NCBI GenBank assembly: GCA_043228905.1
Contig: JBHGNT010000004.1
Coordinates: 11,036,001-11,100,000, forward strand
DNA from: Azolla caroliniana
Taxonomy: Eukaryota; Plantae; Polypodiophyta
Length of the DNA stretch: 64,000 bases
Direction of reading: 5' to 3'
The position numbers and the translations under genes are program-made. The notes beneath the pieces were generated by a model. The model saw nothing but the letters and a program-made list of their open reading frames with translations. It was not told where the DNA came from and did not search any database. Position 1 is the stretch's first letter. Every line of letters begins with the position of its first letter. Of the stretch, positions 38,479 to 49,603 are shown one piece after another.

Positions 38479-39087
38479 CTCACTTCACATGATGAAAGAA
38501 AGAATACACAAATGCACAACACGATTTCACAACCCATGCCACATTGAACTAGCTGATTGGTGTATGATCCAATCGCGACTTGTGCTGACCGAACAAGAAG
38601 GTTGGAGTCAAGCAAAGCTCCGATCGAAGTTATCGATCGTAGAGCAGTGATCCGGTCAAGGTATTTCCGACAGTTGAGAAGACCGATGGAGTTCCAATCG
38701 AGAAGAGTTGCCATGGCGAGTGGGTTCACCGTGCAATGCACTGTCCCACAGGCGTGCCAAGTGTTACCCGTAAGAATATACAGGGAGGCATAAGGGTATG
38801 TGTAATGATGTGGTTGATGTGTATGTGTAAAGTAAATGAGTGTGTGAGGATGAGTATGTTTATGTGCAAGTGACAAGAGTGTAACGGTCGTCTCTTTTGT
38901 AACGGTCATTATTTACCGTTACATTATGTATTATATAAACCCCTTATGGGGCATCTAATGGATATAGTTTTTTCCCCTCTCATTTCGTGTCATTTCCTAT
39001 TTTTCTTTCTCTCTTGCTCTCTCTCTAACGTAACCCCCTTGGGAGGGGGGTGAAGCCATTCTAGGTTTCACCCCCCACCCAACAACA
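36525..39087 (+). mobile_element. Non-autonomous 2.56-kb LTR element with tRNA-Arg PBS and an inverted tRNA-Arg site instead of a PPT
   Basis: LTRs 36525-36866 and 38762-39087; TSD GCAGA/ACAGA; PBS TGGCACGCTTGGTGGGAC 36871-36888; GTGGGTTCACCGTGCAATGCACTGTCCCACAGGCGTGCCA 38720-38759; ~29-bp degenerate repeats 38224-38444; no pol. Confidence 0.92.
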
Positions 39088-42000
39088 ACAGACAGCCAGG
39101 CGTTTCTTTTCATCCGTCCTAAGCTGCAGAGGTGGCAGTCTCGTGGTCAGAAAGTACGTCATTTACACCAGCCAACGATCCGGAAAATTTGTCTCTACCT
39201 GTGATGCCATAGTTGCGATCCTCAGAATATCAGTGTTAGGAAAGTCATCATCATCCCTCACCGCATTATCGCCATTATCCACTTTGCTTAAGAAATCAGC
39301 TACGGCATGCTTTGTGCCCGGCCGATGTTGAATTGCGAAATCAAACTCCTGGGGCAGTAGCATCCATCTGGCCAACTTCCCTATCAGTGCATGTTTCTCA
39401 ACTAGATATAGTAACACCACGTGATTGACATGAAACGTAAATCTGTGCCCTAGCAGATAATGCCAGAATTTGTTGATGCTATATATCATCCCCAAGACTT
39501 CACACTCGGTTGTGGAGTAGTTCCTCTCGGTAGTTGATAGTTTACGACTGGTGTAATAGACCGGTCTATACCAACTCGGCTTTGTGAGTTGCATTAATGT
39601 GCTACCTATTGTTATATCTGAGGCATCCACAAAAATGTGAAACGGTTTAGTCCAATTTGGTGGTTGTACAACTGTTGCTTGGGTCAACATTATCTTGAGT
39701 GCGTCGTAAGCTTTCTCTTCTATTGTCGTCCACTTGAAGGGCGTTTGATGTATTGCGGCATGTAATGGGGTCGCTAAATCCGCCAAGTACCGTAACATGT
39801 GTTTATGCCAACGTATTTGACCCAGGACGCAGTTGAGGGCTTTAGCATTAGTCAGAGTCTTTACTTCAATGATCGCTGTGATTTTGTTCTGATCCACCGC
39901 TATCCCTTCCTTTCTTACGATGTGTCCGAGAAGTGCCCCACTGGTGATGCTAAATGCACATTTGGCCGGATTAAGGCTGAGGCGTGACGTACGACAACGC
40001 TCCAAACAAACTCGGAGATGGCCCAAATGTTCACCTCGTGTTCCATATACCGCGAAATCGTCGAGAAAGACTTGCATAAAGGCGGGTATGTACTCCCCAA
40101 AAATCTCCGTAATTGTTCGCTAGAACATGGCAGGCATCGTCTTTAGCCCAAAATCGTGACCACAGCGACAAAAACACCCCACTCCGTGACGAACGTCGTC
40201 TTCTCCCGATCGTCAGGGTGCATGCATACCTGATTGTATCCGCTAAAACCATCTAGAAAACTATACATGTCATGGCCCGCGACTGCGTCTAGTACGCTAT
40301 CGGTGAAGGGTAAGGGGAACGTGTCTGTTATCGTTACGGCGTTAAGCTTACGATAATCCACGCAAACACGGATTTTACCCTTTTTCTTTGGTACCATGAC
40401 TATCGGGCTCAGCCACGTGGCTTGCTTCACCGGCCAGATAAACCCTGTTTTTAGAAGTTTGTCAATCTCTTCTTTTACGTGAACCGCGCAATTCGCGTTC
40501 ATCCAATAGCAATGCTACTACACCGGTGTCGCGTCGGAGGACAAGTTGATCGTGTGTTGATAGAATTTTGGATCCAACCCCTACATGTCCTCATGTGACC
40601 ATGCGAAAACATCCTTATATTCCTTGAGCAGCTCGATCATTGTCGTCTTCTCACTTGGGACCAAGTCCTTCACAATTGATAGTCGAGGTTCCGCCGTGGT
40701 TCTGAACTTCTTCTAATGCTGAAGTGGTGACCCTCCATGAGATTTCCATTTCTCTCTCGAACATTGTGCATGCTCTACTAAACTCCATTAGTGACTCTGG
40801 GTTTGGTTTGTATTCAGCTTCCTGCAGCATATTAGGTGGGGCGTATTCCGCAGCGGTTTCTATTACGTCAATTTCGAATAATGGAACGATCTGTGGGTGA
40901 TCCTCTAGGTATGCCTCAAGCTCTGTATCATCTACCCCTTCTAGCATATTTATATCTTCCACGTATAATGGCATTATGCCCTTGGTTAGCGCCGCCGTTT
41001 CTTGAGTGGGCACGCAAACTTTGCTTCAGCCTCACTGGAAGCTGATACAATTATGCTACCAATTCTGTTTGATGTTGGTTTCCGACTACGTCGTGTCGGT
41101 GTCTTTGTCTCCGTCTAGGTCTTCCCGTCGCCTCTGTTGTTGTCAGTTGACCACCCATTTCGTCTGGTCGTTTGTCTGATCTAGTTCGGTCCTTCATCTT
41201 TCCGGCCGTGTCTGTCCTGGCTAGCCCTGTCCTTCCGGGTCTTTGTCTCCATCACAGTCGTGGTTTCCGTCTCCGTATGGCCGTGTGTCTGTTTGGCATG
41301 TTCGGTCGTTCCTTCGTCTTTCCGGTGGGCTTTTTTTTTTTTTGGTCATTGATGTCTTGTGTGAGTCTACATCTCCTTCTCCGTCTTCTTTGGCCCTTCG
41401 GTGTTAACTGGCTCTGGTTCTGGTTCCGACTCTCTCTGTGTTGCTTCTTTTAGAACCATCTCTCATGCATTCTCAACACATCCTGCCAGCCTCCGCTCCA
41501 CACACTACGTCTTCCTCTGCAATCTCCTGGTGGGCTTCTCTTTCTGGTCGTGCTGGCACCGGTTCCCTCTGCTTCGTTGTTTGTCTAGCCGTGCATCTTG
41601 CACCACACTTTTGAAAACACGCACATTGTCACTAACCGCTTTCGAAAACACGCTTGAACATACATCTGTTGCGTATCCTTTTGCGACGTCCTCTCGCACA
41701 ACATTGTCGGGTTGCATTCCTCAACCTCAACGACTTCCAATCAACATCACCATTTCCCGCACATCGTCCATTTGATTTCTCGCACATTTCGTCGTTGCCA
41801 TGTCTTTGTCGCGTAGTACTCTTCGACTTCGTCTCTAAAGGGGGGTCACCTTAGTGGTCGCCAAAAAGTGTTGTAGGTTTTAGGGTTAGGGTAAAGGATG
41901 AGGATGAATGGTAATGGTGTTGATTGATGATGAAGATCGACATGGTGTAATACTGGAGATGATGGATGGTGAGAGAGAACATGAAGAAGAAGAGAAGCAT

Positions 42001-42346
42001 CGAGGGGTGGGGGGGTGCCTAGAATGGCTCCACCCCCTTCCCAAGGGCATTCAACGTAGGGGGGGGGGGGGGGGGGGGGGGGAGAGAGAGATTGAGAGAG
42101 AAATGTTCCTTGTATTCATTCATTCCCCATAAGGGGTTACATAGGTACAAAGGGGTAGATCCACAAGGGTGCAATCCCCCTTGGCATTCACATCTAGTCA
42201 CTCACTCACACCTCTTTGTATCTACCACACTCACACTTACATTCACACTCATAATCGTATAAAATCACACATACATATCCACACATTACATCTTTCACCC
42301 TCACTTATGACACTTATCAATCACCCGTACATCTCGTACAGTAACA

Positions 42347-43464
42347 GGATCGGTTCCGGACTCCCGGTCCTTCCGGCGAGCTTCTTCATCTAGCAAGCTT
42401 GACTTTACCCTTGCTAGGGACAATTGTTTTCCTTCCGGCCCGGCGTTGCCCAACATGACAACTAGTGTCTCCCAACTATCTGGGAGGGAACCAAGCAGGA
42501 GCAATGCGAGTACCTCATTGGCAAGAGGTACTTCCAACGAGGTTGCCTGGTGGATCAGTCCTTGGAAGGCATTCATGTGCTCCGCCACACTGGAGTCATC
42601 CTGGTACCGAAGCCTCACCAGCTTCCGGAATACCGAAACCCGATTAACGGCATTCTTGTTCTGGAACATGATGCCGATCTTCTCCCAAAGTTTATGATCA
42701 TTGCTCTCTTCATTGAAGTTGTTGTACAGGCTCATGTCGATGAAGCACCGGATGTATGCCATCGTCTTCATGTGCATCACCTCCCACACTGTGGTGTCGA
42801 TCTTATCCGGTTTCTTGTCCCCGAACTGAACCGACAACCAAAGATCTTTAACCACCAGCATATCCCTCATCTTCGACTTCCACACTAAGTAGTTGGAGCC
42901 GGTGAGCTTGAACATGCCGCCGAACGATTCTTCCATTTCTTGTGTTGTTCGCTCTGATACCAGTTTGAAGAGAATAGCGTGGAATATTGCTCGGCCACAA
43001 CCGAGTCTTGAATCACTTCTACGAGAATGAAACACAAAAATGGGAAATGGAGAATACACAAGGAAATACACAGGATGTTTACATGGAAAACCCTAATAAG
43101 GAAAAACTATGGGAGCCCACAGACTCCAAACTATCTCTATATGAGAAAGGTACATTCAGAGCCTCAGAGGCAATGACCTCGAGCTCTGTATCTTCGCCAA
43201 CCAACTATTACAATAGAGTATCGCTATGTATCTCACACTCTCTCTCTCTATCGCTCTGTGTACAACAGTTTCAACAGTATGACAACAACACTATGCACCC
43301 TATACTAAGTCATATTTATACTTATATGAACTTAGGGCTATTTACAGATATAGCCTCAATAGGCTTACTCAAAACATATTTACAAATATGTCCTCTCTTC
43401 CGGTTCTCACCAGGTCCTCTTCATTCATCACCGGATCCCATCCGGAGGGACCGATTTCCCAACA
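42347..43464 (-). mobile_element. 5' part (5' LTR, PBS, gag N-terminus) of copia C1, inverted relative to its 3' part
   Basis: LTR 42966-43464 matches + strand LTR 57227-58270; PBS 42955-42962; gag MEESFGGMFKLTGSNY...; flank GGAAA is the reverse complement of TSD TTTCC. Confidence 0.9.
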
Positions 43465-45522
43465 GGAAACCCTTCACCACAATGTGGGCTTTGTACCTAG
43501 GCGCACTGTCGACTTCTCCAGTTTTCACCTTGTAGACCCATTTATTCCTGAGTGCTCTCTTACCTTTCGGCAGCTTTACCAGGTCGTAGGTATAATTCTC
43601 GTGCAGAGAGTCCATCTCATCTTGCATCAAGCTCAGCCATTTCTCTCGATGCTTGTCAGCAATGGCTTCGTCGTAGCACTCAGGCTCACCTTCATCAATC
43701 AAGAGAATGTATTGATTGGCATATGTCGTCGGTCCTCTCCTTTCTCTGAGTGGGTATCTCCTTTCACTCGTTTTCGGCTCTCATTCGGGTGTCTTTGTTG
43801 ACTCTCGTCTTTGGTCGGGTTCATATATGTCGATCGGATTCTAAAGGTTGGACGACTCCAACTCGTATTCCTTGATCGATCTTAACAGCTCTACCGACTC
43901 AGACTCATAGTCTGTCAGTCTCTCCGAGTTGACCAACTCGGAATCGGCTGTGTCGACTGGTTGTCTCCAAACAACTAGTTGTGCCGGTTCACTTGGGCTC
44001 AAGTCAATAGTGGTGGAGGTTGACTGGTTAGTTGATTCCGACTTCTGTTGCTTCCAGTCCTCTATGGTCTTGTCTTCCAAGAAGACTATGTCCCGACTCC
44101 TCACTACCTTCTAGTCGACTAGGTCCCATAGCCTATAGCCAAACTCATCTTCTGAGTATCCCATGAATATGCATGGTTTCAACTTACTGTCGAGCTTTGA
44201 CCTCTGATCCTTAGCTACATGCATGTACACTAGGCATCCGAACACCCTCAGGTGTTGGTAGGAGACATCCTTTCCTGTCCACACCCTTTGTGGGACATCA
44301 CCTTTCAACAGTACTGAGGGGGACCTGTTGATTAGATAAACAACTGTGTACATCGCCTCAGCCCAGTATATTTTCGGTAGTTTAGCATGTGACAACATGC
44401 TCCTTACTCTCTCCATGATTGTCTGGTTCATCCTCTCTGCAAGCCTGTTCAACTCAGGGGTCTTCGGTATTGTGTATTCGATCGAATACCTTGGGCCTTG
44501 CAGTATTCCTCGAACTTCCCTTTATATTCGCCACCATTGTCGGTTCGGACAACCTTCAACTTCCGACCCGACTCCCATTCGGCTCTTGCCTGGAACTCCT
44601 TGAAGAACGACAATACTTGATCTTTTGACTTTAGTATGAAAGCCCACAACTTCTGACTATACTCATCGATGAAGGTCACAAAGTATTGTCCGCCTCGGTG
44701 TGACGGAGCATCTGCATAGCACACATCCGTGTGTACCAGTTCCAGTGCAAATTCTCTTCTTCTTGGTGGTCGTGTGTGGAATGCTACTTTGTTCTACTTT
44801 CTGACTAAGCAGTCGACGCACTTCTCCAGATGCGCTCCCTTTACTTCTAGTAGAAGATTTTGGTCGGCCAACAGATGCAACCCCTTCTCACTCATGTGCC
44901 CTAGCCTCTTATGCCATATCTGTCCTACCGAGTCGACTGCCACATTCACTTCCAACTTGCACAATCGGGCTTGCATCATATACAATGTGCCTTGCTTCTG
45001 TGCTCGGGCCACTATAAGATTTCTTTGACAGAACTTCCACTTGCCATTCCGAAAACTACCATTGTAGCCTTCATCGTCCAATCTTCCAGTTGATAGCAGA
45101 TTCAATCTGATATCGAGGACGTGTCGAACATCCTTCAGAGTCAGTCGACACCCTGTCGACGTCGTTAGGTAGACACTTCCAATTCCGGCTATCTTGCACT
45201 CCCCACTGTCACCCATGTTAACATAACCATGATCACCGACTATGTAAGTTGAGAAATACTCTCTCGACGGAGTTATATGGAAGGATGCACCGGAGTCGAT
45301 CACCCAAGTGCATTCTTCGCTTGCAAGATTTTCTCTTGTCTGTTCACAAATGAAAAAAAGTTCTTCATTGCCCGTAGCAATGGCTGAAGTGTACTTTTCT
45401 TCTGGAATCTTCTTGGATTCGACATTATTACCGACACTCTTTTCCCTTTTAAGGTGTCGGCAGTCTTTCTGGAAATGTCCAGGCTTTTCACAATAAAAGC
45501 ACATGAGCTTTCCTCTGGACTT
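43465..45522 (-). pseudogene. Copia C0 zinc knuckle-protease-integrase-RT start, inverted relative to 58271-59630
   Basis: CFYCEKPGHFQKDC, DSGAS, DNGGEY; ends YKAHIVVKGF, which continues as QQKKGVDFDEIF at 58276 (+). Confidence 0.88.
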
Positions 45523-48390
45523 TGTTAATGGTTTTTTGGGGTTAATATTTATGATAATGATGATTGATGATAATTGCGGGATGTGCATTGAGAAGCATTA
45601 CGAGGTGGGGGGTGGTGCCTAGAATGACTCCACCCCCCTCCCAAGGGGGTTCAACATTAAGGGGGAGAGAGAGAGAGAGAGAGAGAGAAATGATCATTCC
45701 TTCTTTCATTCCCCATAAGGGGTTAAATAGGTACAAAGAGGCATTTACACCTAGTCACTACTCACACCTCTTTATATCCACCACACTCATAATCGTATAA
45801 CATTACACATACATATCAACACATTACATCTTTCCCCCTCACTTATCACACTTATCAATCACCCGTACATCTCGTACGGTAACACAATATTGCACGCCTG
45901 TGGGAGAGTGCCTTGGACGTCGATCCCACATGCCTTGATCGCATCTTTCTTCGACCGGAACTTCCATCGGTCCTCTAATTGATTGACTTCTTCGAGCGTA
46001 ACGCTTGACCTGAACATCTCCGTCGGTCAACGAATCTTCCTCGACACGAACATTCTCGTTTTGTCGGCTCACGAACTTTGGTATCATCATTCAAGTCGTC
46101 AAAAAAACATTGTGTGTATGTGTATTCTTCCCAAGTGTATCTTGTGTGTTATCACGACTCGGTTACATCCATTTCGTTCAGGTTGATGAGTTTTTAAAAT
46201 TATGTCTAGTACCCTCAGCTTTTTTAAATTTGGTCCCTGTTTTTTCGTTTTCCCTCTCACATTTTTTTTTCATTTTGTTATTTCTTTTATTATTCTTTGT
46301 TTCATTTTAGGTCTTTTTCTTTCTTTCTTTTATTTCCTCCCTGTTTGTATTTGTCTAGTTCTCTACGTCCTTCTTCCTCTTTTTCTTTTGCTTGTTTTTC
46401 TCTTTCTTTTCTGTTTTGACGTATCCCATCAGCCTCCTGTTAGGTCTACGCCTATGGTGGTTGTTGACTCTATCGATAGTCTTTGTCTCTCTGTTCAGCC
46501 ACTGGTTGTTTGGCCATTCTAGCTGTTGACCGGTCATTCTGACCATGTCGGTTCCCCTTGCCACTCCATCTCTGTCTCCGGCACCGTTGCCATCCAGCCC
46601 ATCGTTTCGACAACTCCGGCTATCTATTTAGGGTTTCAGGCTACCGCTGCCATTCAGCCGCCATAGTGCATTGAGACCATCATCTGGCCATTGCTTTCCT
46701 TGGTCGTTGTTCGGCCACTGATTTTTGGCTACCGCCGCCCTTTGTTCGGCTATCACCGTGAAATCCGACCAGCTGTTCCCTCCGGTCGTCGGCTGCTATC
46801 CAGCAATCCGTTGTCTGCTCATATGTCCAACCATTTTCGTCTCCCATCTTTGTGTCTGTCTGGCCCGTCCAGCCGGCTGTCCGATTACTCTTCCGTGGTT
46901 ATCCGACCATCGGTCCAGCTATCTCCGTCGTACGGCCCGTCCGGTCATCTCTGTCTGGCCGTTATGTGTCTTTTGTGCATTCCAGAAATCGATCCGACGG
47001 TTATTCGGCGGTTGCCCCTCTGGCCGCTGCTCTATTCGATCATTGTCTCTGTCCGACCACCACTCTAGCCGTTGGTATGTGGCCACCGCGGTCCGATTGT
47101 CGTCCCGGCTCCGTCACCATTCCTACCGTTTGGCACGTCCAACCGTGTCTTTTCAGTCTATCATGTTTTTCTAGCCATCTCTGTCCTCTTTTTGGCCAGT
47201 CTCTGGCCGCCAACTGTTCTTTGTTGCTGTCTGTTGGTGGATCCGGTTGTCCGTCTTGACCTTATCTTTCGGGTCCTTTCATTCTTCCGTCCATCTGTTC
47301 GGCCATTTCCGACCATCAAGTCATTCTTCAACGGTCTTTGTCTCTTCGCATATCTGTCGTTGTCAACCTTGTCTGATTGTCTTCGTTCATCTCGGTCGTC
47401 GTTGTTGTTGTCGATCTCTCCGTCATTCTGGTTGTCGCTATGACTGTTTCTTTTTTTTTGTTATCATGGCCATTTCCAACACATTGTGGTCTCCATTTCT
47501 TGCACATTATCGATTTGATTTGACACACATCATAAATTCGATTTCTCGCACATCATCGTCATCATTATTCCACATTTTGTTGTTGTTGTCTCTACCACGT
47601 ATTAGTCTTCGACTTCGTCTCCAAAGGGGGGTCTCCTTAGTGGTCGCCAAAAAGTGTGTTATCCCTTAGGTTGGACAAGCCCTAACACAGGGTGTCCCTA
47701 TGGAACACTTCACCAAAGGATGGTACGGGGAGATATGGATAAACCGTGGTATCGAATGGGTCTTAACTAGTTGCTAACCGGCATTGTTAATGATCATAAC
47801 ACACGCGTAAAATTAATTATATTAAGCATAGGACAGATAATTTGTTGGGATATGTCCCTCCAATGGGAGGAAGATTCGACCGTCCGGAAAGCCGACAGTC
47901 GAGGAGCCAAGTTGATGAGCGACTTGTGTAAATAGCCAACTCGGGAGACTATACTTGTAAATAGTCTAAGTGTGCGCTCCATGAGGGGTACGTATGTAAA
48001 TAACTAGAAAGTTGCGTAAGTACATATGCAACTAGGGCAAACTTTTAGTTTGTGTGTTAGTGAGACGAACAGAGTAAGAGAACGAGTGAGAGTGTAAGAG
48101 AGAGAAGCGTGAGCCGCGCCATAACTGTGTGAGTAATAGCAGACGCGAAGAGCCCTGTGCGGTTGATACACTCGATAGAGTGTTGTATTCCTCTCGGTGT
48201 TGTATATCCACTTTGTATAGTGAAGAAATCTGTTCACCCGTGGTTTTCCCCGTTTTAGGGTTTCCACGTAAATCTCTGTGCACCATTGTTCATCTTGTTT
48301 TTTTTCTTGGCATATTTCTATGATTCGTATTTCAGCAGTGTCTGTTCATTGTGATTTATATTCCGCAACAATTTCTCAACATAATTAATA
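45523..48390 (-). mobile_element. Non-autonomous gypsy derivative E2 with PBS and inverted tRNA-like site
   Basis: 3' LTR 45523-45884 similar to 41869-42346; tRNA-like site 45890-45929; PBS 47630-47649 like element B; 5' LTR remnant from 47657 resembles the element A LTR. Confidence 0.75.
47843..48381 (+). repeat. Copia solo LTR
   Basis: TGTTGGG..CAACA; TSD TAATT on both sides; similar to the LTR at 59633. Confidence 0.88.
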
Positions 48391-49603
48391 GAAGTGCCTT
48401 GGTCACGGAAGATGACCACAACCGGGGAAGAGGCTGGTATCGGAGTCCCCAAAACCGAGACAAATCGGGAACGAGGTCGAAGTCAAGGGGGAGGCCTACT
48501 TGCTTCTACTGTGGGAAGCCGGGGCACTTCCAAAAGAATTGTCGGCATTTCCGGAAGGAGAAATGAACCGATTGTGCCGATTCAAAGAAGAGTTCGGACC
48601 GAAACGGTTTGGACCGGAGAGGCTCGGATCGGAAAGGAACGTTGGCAATGGCGACAAGTGAAGAAGAACTGATGCTCATTACCGAAGAGAATGAGTTAAA
48701 CATTGTCGACGATGAGACAATGTGGGTTGTCGATTCCGGAGTGTTGTTCCACCTGACACCGGACCAGAGGTGCTTCTCATCCTACACAACTGGAGATCAT
48801 GGTTGTGTCCGGATGGGGAATGAAGGTACATGCCGAATTATCGGCATAGGAGATGTGTTGTTGACGACATCAACCGGATGCAAGTTGCTGTTGAAGGATG
48901 TCCGACACGTTCCGGAGGTTCGACTAAACCTAATATCAACCGGTCGGCTAGATGATGAAGGCTACACGGGTAGCATCTGGAACGGAGTCATGAAGTTTAG
49001 CAAAGGGAGCCTAATAGTGGCTCAAGCCCGGAAGGCCAACACTATATCTGATGCATGCCCGGATATGCAGGGAAGAAGTGAACGTAGCATCCGACACTGC
49101 CGACAAGGTGTAGCACAAGAGGTTGTGTCACATGAGTCAGAAGGGGATGAAGAGGCTTGTCGAAGACAATCTTATTCCGGTGAAGGACGTGCAACTTGAG
49201 AAGTGCACCGATTTTCTTGCCGGCAAGAAAAACCAAACCTCCTTCTGGTCAAGACCATCGATGAGATGGAATGCACCATTGGAGCTGGTGCATACCGATG
49301 TGTGTCAAGTGGACACGAAGTCACATGCCAGATCGCAATACTTCGTGACGTTCATAGATGACCACAACCGGAAGTTGTGGATCTCACCGTTGAAGACGAA
49401 GGATCAGGTGATATCCATCTTCAAGGAACTCCACGCGAGAGTGGAAAGAGAAACCAGCCAGAAGCTTAAGGCGGTTCGAGCAAATAACGGAGGAGAATAT
49501 CGGGGGCAGTTCGAGGAGTACTGCTGGTCGAAGGGAATTCAGCTCGAATTTACCGTGACGAAGACGCCGGAACTAAATGGGTTGGCCGAAAGGATGAACC
49601 GGA

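Larger units (their letters stand above)
24855..42346 (-). mobile_element. Non-chromovirus Ty3/gypsy element B (Athila/Phygy-like), probably composite, with four nested insertions
   Basis: 5' LTR 41869-42346; PBS 41844-41863 (TGGCGACCACTAAGG); RT 40143-40502 and 39163-40077 (FLDD) with RNase H; integrase pieces 36382-36524, 34773-35360, ~29950-30439; accessory ORF 25357-29638; tRNA-like site 25312-25352; 3' LTR 24855-25309. The two LTRs do not match. Confidence 0.8.

Noticed and set aside
46110-47669. Hydrophobic ORFs resembling membrane proteins
   Set aside because: Antisense translation of the T/C-rich low-complexity interior of element E2.
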